In this document: one piece after another, positions 1 to 7,574 of the stretch | Numbering within the stretch: position 1 is the first letter of the stretch | How the letters are laid out: each line of letters starts with the position of its first letter | Source: Acidobacteriota bacterium | GTDB taxonomy: Bacteria; Acidobacteriota; Thermoanaerobaculia; Multivoradales; UBA5704 | Reading direction: 5' to 3' | DNA: 12,558 bases | Assembly: GCA_040005235.1 (NCBI GenBank) | Contig: JBDTZG010000107.1 | Span: 1-12,558, forward strand | The notes under the pieces: model-generated | The model's database searches: none | What the model saw: only the letters and a program-made list of their open reading frames with translations | What the model was told of the DNA's origin: nothing | Translations under genes and position numbers: made by a program

Positions 1-1527
1 GAGGCGAGCGACCGGGGGCATCTGTATCTGCCGAAAGAGCGCCTGTTCTTCGACGCGGCAACTCTGCTCGGCGGAGTCGATCCGGAGCTTCTCGCCCGGG
101 CGCTCGCCGAAATCGCGGGCGACGGCCGGGCGGTGGCCGAAGCCGATCTTGCCGAGCAGGTCGAATCGAAAGGGGGATCGAAGCGCCCCGGCGGGACCGC
201 CGTCTATCTGTCGACGCTCCATGCCGCCGAGACGGGCCTGGCGGAGCGGCTGAGAAAGCTTCTGCTTGGACCGCCCGCTCCCCGACCGCTGGACATCGAT
301 CCCGAGCGCGCGCTCGCCTGGCTCAAGGCGAAGCAAGGAATCGAGCTTGCGGACCAGCAGCGCGAGGCGATCCGGCAGGGCTTGGCGAGCCAGCTGCTGG
401 TGATCACCGGCGGCCCGGGAACCGGCAAGACGACGCTGATCCGCGGCCTCGTGCGCATTTTGACCAAGAAGGGCTTGAAGATCGCACTCGCCGCCCCGAC
501 CGGACGGGCGGCCAAAAGACTTTCCGAGGCGACCGGCGCCGAGGCTTCGACACTCCATCGCCTGCTCGAATTCGACCCCCGATTGCGGCGATTTCAACGC
601 TGCTCCGATCTGCCGCTCGAAGCCGAGATCACGATCGTTGACGAGGCTTCGATGATCGACGCCCAACTGGCCTTTAGCCTCGCGAGCGCGCTGCCGCCGC
701 GCGGCCGGTTGATCCTGGTGGGCGACGTCGATCAACTGCCTTCCGTCGGCCCCGGCAGCGTGCTGGCCGACCTGATTCAATCGGGAGCGGTCGACGTCGT
801 CCGCCTGACCGAGATCTTTCGCCAGGCCGAGAAAAGCGCGATCGTGACGAACGCCCACAAGGTCAACCGGGGCGATATCCCGGAGTCCGGCCCGGCCGGC
901 GGCGATTTCTTCATCATCGAACGGCGCGATCCGGAGGAGATTCTTCAGATGGTCGTGCATCTGGTGACGGAGAGGATTCCCGCGAGCTTCGGGTTCGATC
1001 CGATCACCGAAATCCAGGTGCTCGCGCCGATGAACCGCGGCCTGCTGGGCACCGAGCGGCTGAACGCGGAGCTGCGCTCGCGGCTGAATCCCCACGGCGC
1101 GCAGATCGAACGGGGGGGACGGCTCCTGCGCGTCGGCGACAAGGTGATGCAGATCCGCAACAACTACGACCTCGAAGTCTGGAACGGCGACCTCGGGCGG
1201 ATCTCGGGGCTGGATGAAGAGGAGTCGAAAGTGACCGTAAGCTTCGACGGCCGCGAGGTCGAGTACGACCTCGCGACCCTCGACGAGTTGCAGCTCGCCT
1301 ACGCCTGCACGATCCACAAGGCGCAAGGGAGCGAATATCCGTGTGTCGTGGTGCCGCTCCACAGCCAGCACCACCTGTTGCTGCAGCGGAACCTGCTGTA
1401 TACGGCGCTCACCCGCGCCAGGAAGCTCGCGGTGCTGGTGGGCGAACCCAAGGCGCTCGCCGCGGCGGTGGCCAACCGCCGCAGCGAGCCGCGCTTCACC
1501 CGCCTGGCCGAGCGGTTGCGCGGGTAG
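1..1527 (+). CDS. recD2: ATP-dependent RecD-like (RecD2 / SF1B) DNA helicase, 5'-truncated by the window edge
   Basis: Frame 1 is open from base 1 (EASDRGHLYLPKERL...), so the 133 start in the ORF track is internal. Motifs: Walker A ITGGPGTGKTT, LAAPTGRAAKRL, STLHRLL, Walker B IVDEASM, LILVGDVDQLPSVGPG, LTEIFRQ, GDKVMQIRNNYD, NGDLG, LAYACTIHKAQGSEY, RNLLYTALTRA. Confidence 0.93.
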   Translation, partial: EASDRGHLYLPKERLFFDAATLLGGVDPELLARALAEIAGDGRAVAEADLAEQVESKGGSKRPGGTAVYLSTLHAAETGLAERLRKLLLGPPAPRPLDIDPERALAWLKAKQGIELADQQREAIRQGLASQLLVITGGPGTGKTTLIRGLVRILTKKGLKIALAAPTGRAAKRLSEATGAEASTLHRLLEFDPRLRRFQRCSDLPLEAEITIVDEASMIDAQLAFSLASALPPRGRLILVGDVDQLPSVGPGSVLADLIQSGAVDVVRLTEIFRQAEKSAIVTNAHKVNRGDIPESGPAGGDFFIIERRDPEEILQMVVHLVTERIPASFGFDPITEIQVLAPMNRGLLGTERLNAELRSRLNPHGAQIERGGRLLRVGDKVMQIRNNYDLEVWNGDLGRISGLDEEESKVTVSFDGREVEYDLATLDELQLAYACTIHKAQGSEYPCVVVPLHSQHHLLLQRNLLYTALTRARKLAVLVGEPKALAAAVANRRSEPRFTRLAERLRG

Positions 1528-1532
1528 CTGCG

Positions 1533-3311
1533 TCAGGCGCCGGGCTCGTTGGGCTTCGGCGTTTCGTCCTCTGCCGCCTCGGCGTCCGCGGCGTCTACCG
1601 AAGGCGGGATGATCGGCGACCCTGGGATCGGATCGATCGGCGGAATCGGCGGGACTGGAGCCATTGGAGCCATCGGCGCCATTGGAGCCATCGGATAGGC
1701 CTCGTAGGGGGGAATCTCGCTCGCCGCTCCTCGCGGCCGGCGCGGCCCCATGCCGAACCGGGTGAGGATCACCGCGCCGAATCCGAACGTCCAGGCGGCG
1801 TAGGTCAACAACAAGCCGGTGATCGAAAAGAACCAGCCGAACACGTCGAGCGGCCCAGCCCCAAGAGAGAGCAGACGCCCCATGATGCGACAGACCTCGA
1901 TCGAGAACAGGCCGACCAGGGCGGTCGCCACCGCGCTGCCGAAGTGCCGGTCGAACCGATGCTCGATCAACCGACCGATCCGCAGCGCAAAGCCGGAAAA
2001 GCCGATCAAGCCGCCGATGATCAGCGCCAGGGCCAGGAACGGATAGAGGATCAAGAGCGGTATGCCGATGATCGAAACCACCAGGATCGCGGTCACCACC
2101 ACGAACAGGGGAATGAACAGCAGTTGGGCCAGAAAGCCCGCGAGGCCCGCCTGCCAAAATTCGCTCGTCAGCTTCGCCTCGATCCGCGCCACGGGATCGC
2201 GGGCGACGGCCACGGTGACCGCGACCAGAAGGCCGAGCAGGGCGAGCGTAAGGATCGACCACATCAAGCGCATAGCTCCGGCGAACGGACTCCACCAAGG
2301 CCAGAAATCGAAATCGTGATCGCCGCCGATCTGGATTCCCGGGCCGGCCGCCTGATTGATCCGACCATGAATCTTGGCGCCCGGCTCCCGTTCGACCGTA
2401 CCGCCGACGCTCGTGACGTCCCCGTCGACTTCCGCCTTGGGTCCGAGGTGTACGTCGCCACCGACCGAAAGCACATTGCGACCGACGTGGCCGTTCACCT
2501 TCACGTCGCCGCCCATCGATATCACGTCCCGCCGCACCGAACCGTCGATGGTCGCCGGGCCGCCGATCACGACGACGATTTCGGCCTCTTCGTCGGAATC
2601 GACGTGGGCGCTGCCGGAAAAGCGCAAGACTTTGCCGATCCGCACCCGATTGGCGTCGGAGTCGTCGCCGCCGTTTTGCACCTCGGGCAATTCAGGAGCG
2701 GCCGGCGCCTCGGGGGGTACCGGCACCGCCGGCAACTCGGTGACCGCTTCGTCGGTCGACTCCGCTGCAGCGGCCGCATCGGCGCCGCCCTCCTTAACGG
2801 CGTCGGCACTCGGCGATGTTGCAGAGGGTGCAGAGGGCGCAGAGGGTGCAGAGGGCGCAGGGGCCGCTTCACGAGGCGATCCGCCGGACGACGAGAACCC
2901 GAAGAGCGCGCGGCGTTCGGCAACCGGCAGCGCCAGCAGCCGAAGCAGCGGTGCCGCATCCGCCCCCAGCCAGGCGTTGAGCACGCTGTCGCTCACCCGC
3001 TCGCCATTGACCGCGATCGATGAGCCGCTCACCTCGATCGAACGGACACCCGATCGTTCGACCCGCGGACGCAGCATCACGCCTTCGCGCAGAGGCAGGA
3101 TTTCGTAGCGGTTTTCCAACTCTTGCCGCAGGGGGCCGGCCGCCGGACCGGCGCTCGACCGGCTCGAACCTCCGGCTTGCGCCGCCGCCGGGATCGCGCC
3201 GAGGTGAAAGGACAACGCAGCCATCGCCATGATCGCGGCCATCGCCGCCAAAACCCAACGAACCGATCGCCGGGCGGAACGCTTCAAGATCCATCGTTTA
3301 GAGATCCACAT
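1533..3311 (-). CDS. Secreted-domain/polytopic membrane protein: signal peptide, N-terminal domain, Pro/Ala linker, bactofilin-like (polymer-forming cytoskeletal) beta-helix repeats, about 5-6 C-terminal TM helices and a Pro-rich tail (592 aa)
   Basis: ATG at 3311 is preceded by SD GAGGAG at 8 nt, a better start than 3329. Signal-like hydrophobic stretch ending AAAQA. Beta-helix-type repeats VVIGGPATIDGSVRRDVISMGGDVKVNGHVGRNVLSVGGDVHLGPKAEVDGDVTSVGGTV. Hydrophobic helices include ILVVSIIGIPLLIL. Start overlaps the stop of the upstream gene. Confidence 0.75.
   Translation of the reverse strand: MWISKRWILKRSARRSVRWVLAAMAAIMAMAALSFHLGAIPAAAQAGGSSRSSAGPAAGPLRQELENRYEILPLREGVMLRPRVERSGVRSIEVSGSSIAVNGERVSDSVLNAWLGADAAPLLRLLALPVAERRALFGFSSSGGSPREAAPAPSAPSAPSAPSATSPSADAVKEGGADAAAAAESTDEAVTELPAVPVPPEAPAAPELPEVQNGGDDSDANRVRIGKVLRFSGSAHVDSDEEAEIVVVIGGPATIDGSVRRDVISMGGDVKVNGHVGRNVLSVGGDVHLGPKAEVDGDVTSVGGTVEREPGAKIHGRINQAAGPGIQIGGDHDFDFWPWWSPFAGAMRLMWSILTLALLGLLVAVTVAVARDPVARIEAKLTSEFWQAGLAGFLAQLLFIPLFVVVTAILVVSIIGIPLLILYPFLALALIIGGLIGFSGFALRIGRLIEHRFDRHFGSAVATALVGLFSIEVCRIMGRLLSLGAGPLDVFGWFFSITGLLLTYAAWTFGFGAVILTRFGMGPRRPRGAASEIPPYEAYPMAPMAPMAPMAPVPPIPPIDPIPGSPIIPPSVDAADAEAAEDETPKPNEPGA
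1657..1694. repeat. In-frame 9-bp tandem repeat, 4 copies (GG[A/C]GCCAT[T/C]), encoding (PMA)n in the C-terminal tail
   Basis: ggagccatt-ggagccatc-ggcgccatt-ggagccatc read directly. Confidence 0.85.
2821..2865. repeat. In-frame 9-bp tandem repeat, about 5 copies (GCAGAGGG[T/C]), encoding an (APS)n linker
   Basis: gcagagggt-gcagagggc-gcagagggt-gcagagggc-gcaggggcc read directly. Confidence 0.85.
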
Positions 3312-3825
3312 AGGACCAACTCCTCTCACGTCGAATCAGGGTCTGGAGGAGGGTGAGGGCACCGCCCGCCACGGCAACCAGAATGGCCAGACTCAAGACG
3401 ACCGTCGGTTGTCCGAACGGCGCCGCCAGCGTCCGGCGCATCGCACCGAGGGCGTCGGCCCAGCTGGCGAGAACCACCAGAGCGTCGCCGAGCCGGCGTA
3501 CCAGATCCGCGGCGAGCCCGACACTTCCCGAAGCCGAGGGGCGCGGCGCGAGCCACCAGACGAGCGGCACCAACCAGAGCGCGGCGCAACCGGACAGAGT
3601 CACGCCGCCGAGCACCAGGGCCCGCGCCCAACGCCGGGAGAAGGCCCCTTGCGGTCGGGCTTCGGCACGGACGTCGGTCATCACCCGGGCGGCAAAGCCC
3701 GGCGAGGGCGAACGGTCGGGAAGCTCTGCCGCCAACGCCGCAAGCGCCGATTCGGCGGCCTCGTCATCGAGGTCCTCTTCGGCGGCAAGCCAGCGGGTCA
3801 GGAGCTCAGGGGTCGAACGGTTCAT
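3298..3825 (-). CDS. Putative membrane-bound anti-sigma-factor-like protein (175 aa)
   Basis: Directly downstream of the ECF sigma. ATG 3825 has SD GGAGG at 5 nt (alternative GTG 3837). Short helical cytoplasmic N-domain ends in PSPGFAARVM, resembling the P-x-F-x-x-R-V-M segment common in anti-sigma domains, followed by 2-3 hydrophobic segments. No HxxxCxxC zinc motif. Confidence 0.6.
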   Translation of the reverse strand: MNRSTPELLTRWLAAEEDLDDEAAESALAALAAELPDRSPSPGFAARVMTDVRAEARPQGAFSRRWARALVLGGVTLSGCAALWLVPLVWWLAPRPSASGSVGLAADLVRRLGDALVVLASWADALGAMRRTLAAPFGQPTVVLSLAILVAVAGGALTLLQTLIRRERSWSYVDL

Positions 3826-3844
3826 CGCATCCTCCACCGTGCCT

Positions 3845-3870
3845 TACGGCGGCCGGTCGCTCCGAGTTTC
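3845..3870 (-). promoter_or_regulatory. Candidate ECF (SigW-like) promoter GAAAC-N17-CGTA upstream of the anti-sigma-like gene
   Basis: Minus strand cGAAAC tcggagcgaccggccgc CGTAagg, matching the B. subtilis SigW-type consensus TGAAAC-N16/17-CGTA. Located in the sigma/anti-sigma gap. Confidence 0.5.
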
Positions 3871-3922
3871 GTCGCTTTCCGTGTCGCTCCGGCTCCCTGG
3901 GGTCCCTCGGGCGCGGGAGGCG

Positions 3923-4498
3923 CTAACGCCGAAGCGGGGCCGCTATGCCGGTCAGCTTCGTGGCGATACTGGGGCGGACGCGGTTGACGGGTTGGGAAAG
4001 GAACATCTGATGACTGAGCGCGGCGAGGCAGCGGTGGGTGATCTTGCCGATGCTGGTCGAGCTGTAGCCGAGTTTCTCCGCCACCTCCTGCGGCTCGTAG
4101 CCGAGCAGGAACCGGAGCCGGAGGACCTTTCGGCATTTGGGCGGCAGGCGCTCGATCAAGCTCTCCAGATCGACGAGCAGCTGCTCGCGCTCCTGGGGCG
4201 GCGCCATCGGCGTCGCCAGCCATTCGAGCAGCGTCTCGTCGACCGCGTCGTACAGGCTGCGTCGCCGTTTGCGCCAGTACATCAGACACTTGCGCTTGAG
4301 CGTTCCGAGCAGCCAGGCTTCCGGGTCGTTGACCTCGTGGGCGCTGTAGAGGAGCGAAAAGAAGGTGTCCTGGAATAGATCCGCCGCGTCGGCGGTGGGG
4401 ATGCGATAGAACCAGAGCAGACCCTTGAGCCGGGGCTCGACGCGTTCCAGGAGTTCCTCGAACGAATTCGCAACCGGCGCTGGCTCTTGATCCTGCAT
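3923..4498 (-). CDS. RNA polymerase sigma-70 family ECF sigma factor (divergent)
   Basis: Region 2 DAADLFQDTF...PEAWLLGTL. Region 4 LIERLPPKCRKVLRLRFLLGYEPQEVAEKLG. Size of 191 aa is typical of an ECF. Confidence 0.85.
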   Translation of the reverse strand: MQDQEPAPVANSFEELLERVEPRLKGLLWFYRIPTADAADLFQDTFFSLLYSAHEVNDPEAWLLGTLKRKCLMYWRKRRRSLYDAVDETLLEWLATPMAPPQEREQLLVDLESLIERLPPKCRKVLRLRFLLGYEPQEVAEKLGYSSTSIGKITHRCLAALSHQMFLSQPVNRVRPSIATKLTGIAAPLRR

Positions 4499-4523
4499 TT
4501 ATCTTGTCCAAAAGTTTCCGAAG

Positions 4524-4532
4524 ACGGTATCA
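4524..4532 (-). promoter_or_regulatory. Possible extended -10 element (TGaTACCGT) for the ECF sigma gene
   Basis: TGn followed by TAnnnT, about 25 nt upstream of ATG 4498 in the udg-sigma spacer. No clear -35. Confidence 0.3.
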
Positions 4533-4563
4533 CGAGGCCGACGTCACGGCGAGGGTGCCTGCG

Positions 4564-5337
4564 TCACTCTCCTAGCAGGCGGTCCCGCACCAGCTGCATG
4601 TCTTCCCAGGTCGGGCGCTTGAGCGCCGGATTGCGCAGCAGGGCGGCCGGATGGTACGTCACCATGGTGGGCACGCCGAGCACCTTGAACCACCGGCCGC
4701 GCATCCGCCCGATCGGGTCCTCGTTGCCCAGCAGCGTCTGGGCCGCGATCCGGCCGAGCGCCACGATCACCCGCGGCTGGATCAGCCCGACCTGGCGCTC
4801 CAGATACCCGCGGCAGGCGACCACCTCGTCGGGCTGCGGATCGCGATTGCCCGGCGGCCGGCATTTGACGACGTTGGCGATGTAGACCTCTTCGCGGGAG
4901 AACTCGATCGCCTGGATGATGCGGGTCAGCAACTCCCCCGCCCGGCCGACGAACGGCAGCCCCTGCTTGTCCTCTTCCGCCCCCGGCCCCTCGCCGATGA
5001 ACATCAGTTCGGCGGCGGGGTTGCCGGATCCGAACACCGTCCGGGTCCGGCCCTCGCTCAGGCGGCAGCGGGTGCAGACGGAGACGCGCTGCTCGATCTC
5101 CGCCAGCTCGGCGACGCGCGCGGAAAGATCGGCCGGCTCGACGCGATCCGTGCGAGGGGCGACGGCGGAGGCCGGGCTCTTCGGGGAGGATCCGTCGCCC
5201 GGCGCGCCCAATCGCTCCACCGTGGAGGCGGATCCGGAGCTTTGTGCCGGAGAGGAGACGTACAGGTCGCCGTAGCCGATGTCGGCCAAGTATCCGAGCA
5301 GGTCGCGGAGGGCGGGATCGACTTCCGGCCGGCTCAT
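4564..5337 (-). CDS. udg: Uracil-DNA glycosylase, family 4 ([4Fe-4S] type)
   Basis: CTRCRL, TVFGSGN, motif [34 protein letters not shown], fourth Cys in VVAC, motif [14 protein letters not shown] overlap with the coaBC stop. Confidence 0.93.
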   Translation of the reverse strand: MSRPEVDPALRDLLGYLADIGYGDLYVSSPAQSSGSASTVERLGAPGDGSSPKSPASAVAPRTDRVEPADLSARVAELAEIEQRVSVCTRCRLSEGRTRTVFGSGNPAAELMFIGEGPGAEEDKQGLPFVGRAGELLTRIIQAIEFSREEVYIANVVKCRPPGNRDPQPDEVVACRGYLERQVGLIQPRVIVALGRIAAQTLLGNEDPIGRMRGRWFKVLGVPTMVTYHPAALLRNPALKRPTWEDMQLVRDRLLGE

Positions 5338-6554
5338 CGGCGGACCGCCGCGGCGCCGAGCGCCGGGGTGAACAGATCGAGCAGCGCGGCGGCGACTCTC
5401 GCTTTTCCCTGCCGCGGAATCGCTACCGGCTCGCCATCGCGCGGCAGGACCAGCACCTCGTTCTCGTCGCGCCCGAACGCGATGTCCCCGCGCGAGACGT
5501 CGTTGGCGACGATGAAGTGAACGTCCTTGCGGATCAGTTTGCCGCGGGCGTTTTCCTCCAGCCGTTCGGTCTCGGCGGCGAAGCCCACGCGGACGGCGGA
5601 GGGCGCGATCCGGGAGAGCCCGGCGAGAATGTCCTCGGTCGGTTCGAGGTCAAACGCCGGCACCCCTTGGTCCTTCTTGATTTTCTGCCCGGCCGGCACC
5701 TTGGGGCGAAAATCCGCGACCGCCGCCGCCAGGATTACAAGGTCGGCGCCGGGGGCCGTCGCCGCCACCGCCGCGGCCATCTCGGCCGCCGTTTCGACGT
5801 CGATCCGCTCGACACCGGAGGGGGTGGCGAGCGCCACCGGTCCGGCGACCAGGATCGTGCGGGCGCCCCGGAGAGCGGCCTCGGCGGCGATCGCGAACCC
5901 CATCTTGCCGCTCGACCGGTTACCCAGGAAACGCACCGGATCGACCGGCTCGAACGTCGGTCCGGCGCTGATCAACACCGTGCGACCGGCAAGGGGCCCC
6001 GGCGCGATCCCCGCGACCGCCGCAAGCACCGCGGCGACGATGCGCTCCGGATCGGCCATTCGGCCCATGCCGAACTCGCCCGAGGCGAGCGGCCCTTGGA
6101 TCGGCCCGACGAGGCGTGCGCCGCGTGCTTCGAGGTCCGCGACATGCTGCCGGACGGCGGGCTTTTCCCACATCTCGAAATGCATCGCGGGGGCGATCAC
6201 CAGCGGCCCGGAGAAGGCGAGCGCGGTGGTGGTCAAGAAATCATCGGCGAGCCCGAGCGCCAGCCTGGCGAGGGTATGCGCGGTCGCGGGGGCGACGCAC
6301 AGCACGTCGGCCCAGGCGGCGGCGGCGATGTGCAGCTCGTCGCCGCTGCCGTTCTCTTCGAGGTATTCCTCGCCGTAAACCGCTTGGCCGGAGAGGACTT
6401 CGAGCGTGAGCGGCGAGACGAACGCGTGAGCGCTCTTGGTGAGCGACACGCGAACCTCGGCTCCGGCGCTCTTTGCCCGGCGGACGATCTCTGCGGCCTT
6501 GTAGGCGGCGATGCCCCCGGTGACGCCCAGCAGAACGCGCGGACTGCGACTCAA
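5334..6554 (-). CDS. coaBC: Bifunctional phosphopantothenoylcysteine decarboxylase / phosphopantothenate-cysteine ligase
   Basis: LGVTGGIAAYKA, VAPATA, GLADD, PAM, GxGRM, GPTFEPVDPVRFLGNRSSGKMG, AAVADF, KIKK, VGFAAET, IVANDVS. TTG start with SD AAGGAG. Classic gmk-rpoZ-coaBC synteny. Confidence 0.95.
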   Translation of the reverse strand: MSRSPRVLLGVTGGIAAYKAAEIVRRAKSAGAEVRVSLTKSAHAFVSPLTLEVLSGQAVYGEEYLEENGSGDELHIAAAAWADVLCVAPATAHTLARLALGLADDFLTTTALAFSGPLVIAPAMHFEMWEKPAVRQHVADLEARGARLVGPIQGPLASGEFGMGRMADPERIVAAVLAAVAGIAPGPLAGRTVLISAGPTFEPVDPVRFLGNRSSGKMGFAIAAEAALRGARTILVAGPVALATPSGVERIDVETAAEMAAAVAATAPGADLVILAAAVADFRPKVPAGQKIKKDQGVPAFDLEPTEDILAGLSRIAPSAVRVGFAAETERLEENARGKLIRKDVHFIVANDVSRGDIAFGRDENEVLVLPRDGEPVAIPRQGKARVAAALLDLFTPALGAAAVRR

Positions 6555-6589
6555 ACGTCTGGCTCCTTAGCCGGAATTGGGTCGCGCTT

Positions 6590-6814
6590 CTAGTTCGACT
6601 CGGGCTCGGCCGACTCGTCGGCCGGCTGCTCGACCACGGGTGCAGGACCGATGCCCCAAGCAACCATGTCGGCGTCGATCTCGCCCATGGCGACCCGCGT
6701 CGGCTTGTTGCCTTGCGGATTGTCGGCTTTCGGGCGGGCGCCGCGCATGAGGTACTCCGCGCGGCGCGCGGCGACGAGGACGTAACGGAACTTGCTGTCG
6801 ATGTTCGTGGCCAT
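6590..6814 (-). CDS. rpoZ: DNA-directed RNA polymerase subunit omega (74 aa)
   Basis: IDSKFRYVLVAARRAEYLMRGA...KPTRVAMGEI omega signature. Lies between gmk and coaBC. ATG 6814 is preceded by GGAAGAG. Confidence 0.92.
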   Translation of the reverse strand: MATNIDSKFRYVLVAARRAEYLMRGARPKADNPQGNKPTRVAMGEIDADMVAWGIGPAPVVEQPADESAEPESN

Positions 6815-6887
6815 GTCGATCTCTTCCAATCTCAAAGTTCTGGAGGCGAAAAGCGCTTTCGCCGAGGTACGGCATTTCCCGGCGACT

Positions 6888-7541
6888 TTAGGGCGCGCCC
6901 CGTTCCTGGAAGTCTTTTAGGATGCCCTGGAGGCGATTTTCCATCCGCTCTCGGCGGTGACGCTTCTCTAGGAGAATCGCAGCGAGCGCTTCGCTCGCAC
7001 GGCGGGCGTCGTCGTTGACGATAACATATCGATACCGATCGTAACGCCGGATCTCCCACAGGGAGACCGCCAGGCGCCGGGCGATGGCGTCGGGGTCGTC
7101 GAGCGCCCGACCGGCGAGCCGCCGTTCCAGATCGGCGTAGCTCGGAGGCATGATGAAGATGCTGTGCGCTTCGGGGTAGCGCGCGAGCACCCGCTCGGCC
7201 CCCTGGACGTCGATGTCCATCAGGACGTCTACCCCAGCCTCCAGCCGGGGAAAGACCTCGGCCATCGAGGTGCCGTAGTAGTTGTTATGGACCTCGGCCC
7301 ACTCCAGGAACTCCTCGGCGACGATCATCCCTTGGAAGGTCGTGACGTCGACGAAATGGTAATCGGTCCCGTCGCTCTCCCCCTGGCGCGCTCCCCGGGT
7401 CGTGTGACTGACCGAAAACGCGATCTCCGACAGGCCTAACAACCCGCCGTGTAGCAGGCTGTTGATGAGCGTCGTCTTGCCGGCCCCCGAAGGGGCCGAC
7501 AGGATGAAAAGCTCGCCGCGGTGGGGTAGATTCTGACTCAA
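6888..7541 (-). CDS. gmk: Guanylate kinase
   Basis: P-loop SAPSGAGKTT, SVSHTTRGARQGESDGTDYHFV, FLEWAEVHNNYYGT, DIDVQGA, IFIMPPS, VIVND. Exact start (TTG 7541) is uncertain. Confidence 0.96.
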   Translation of the reverse strand: MSQNLPHRGELFILSAPSGAGKTTLINSLLHGGLLGLSEIAFSVSHTTRGARQGESDGTDYHFVDVTTFQGMIVAEEFLEWAEVHNNYYGTSMAEVFPRLEAGVDVLMDIDVQGAERVLARYPEAHSIFIMPPSYADLERRLAGRALDDPDAIARRLAVSLWEIRRYDRYRYVIVNDDARRASEALAAILLEKRHRRERMENRLQGILKDFQERGAP

Positions 7542-7574
7542 TCGGTGGCCGGGGTCGGAGGAGCTACTCAGGCG

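Noticed and set aside
1341-3023. 560-aa plus-strand ORF, and other long antisense ORFs (3353-4378, 4651-5520, 5244-6593, 9098-10039, 10058-11017)
   Set aside because: Shadow frames of well-supported minus-strand genes. They are Arg/Gly-rich or low-complexity, lack motifs, and are expected at this GC content.
4509-4519. GGAAACTTTT ECF -35-like motif upstream of the sigma gene
   Set aside because: The matching -10 position falls on or inside the start codon and shows no CGT/TC-type motif
6845-6863. Hairpin GGCGAAA/TTTCGCC between gmk and rpoZ as a terminator
   Set aside because: No U-tract follows the stem and the genes are normally co-transcribed. At most a stability or processing hairpin.
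6567-6875. 102-aa alternative-frame ORF over rpoZ
   Set aside because: The overlapping frame carries the clear omega signature, and this one has none
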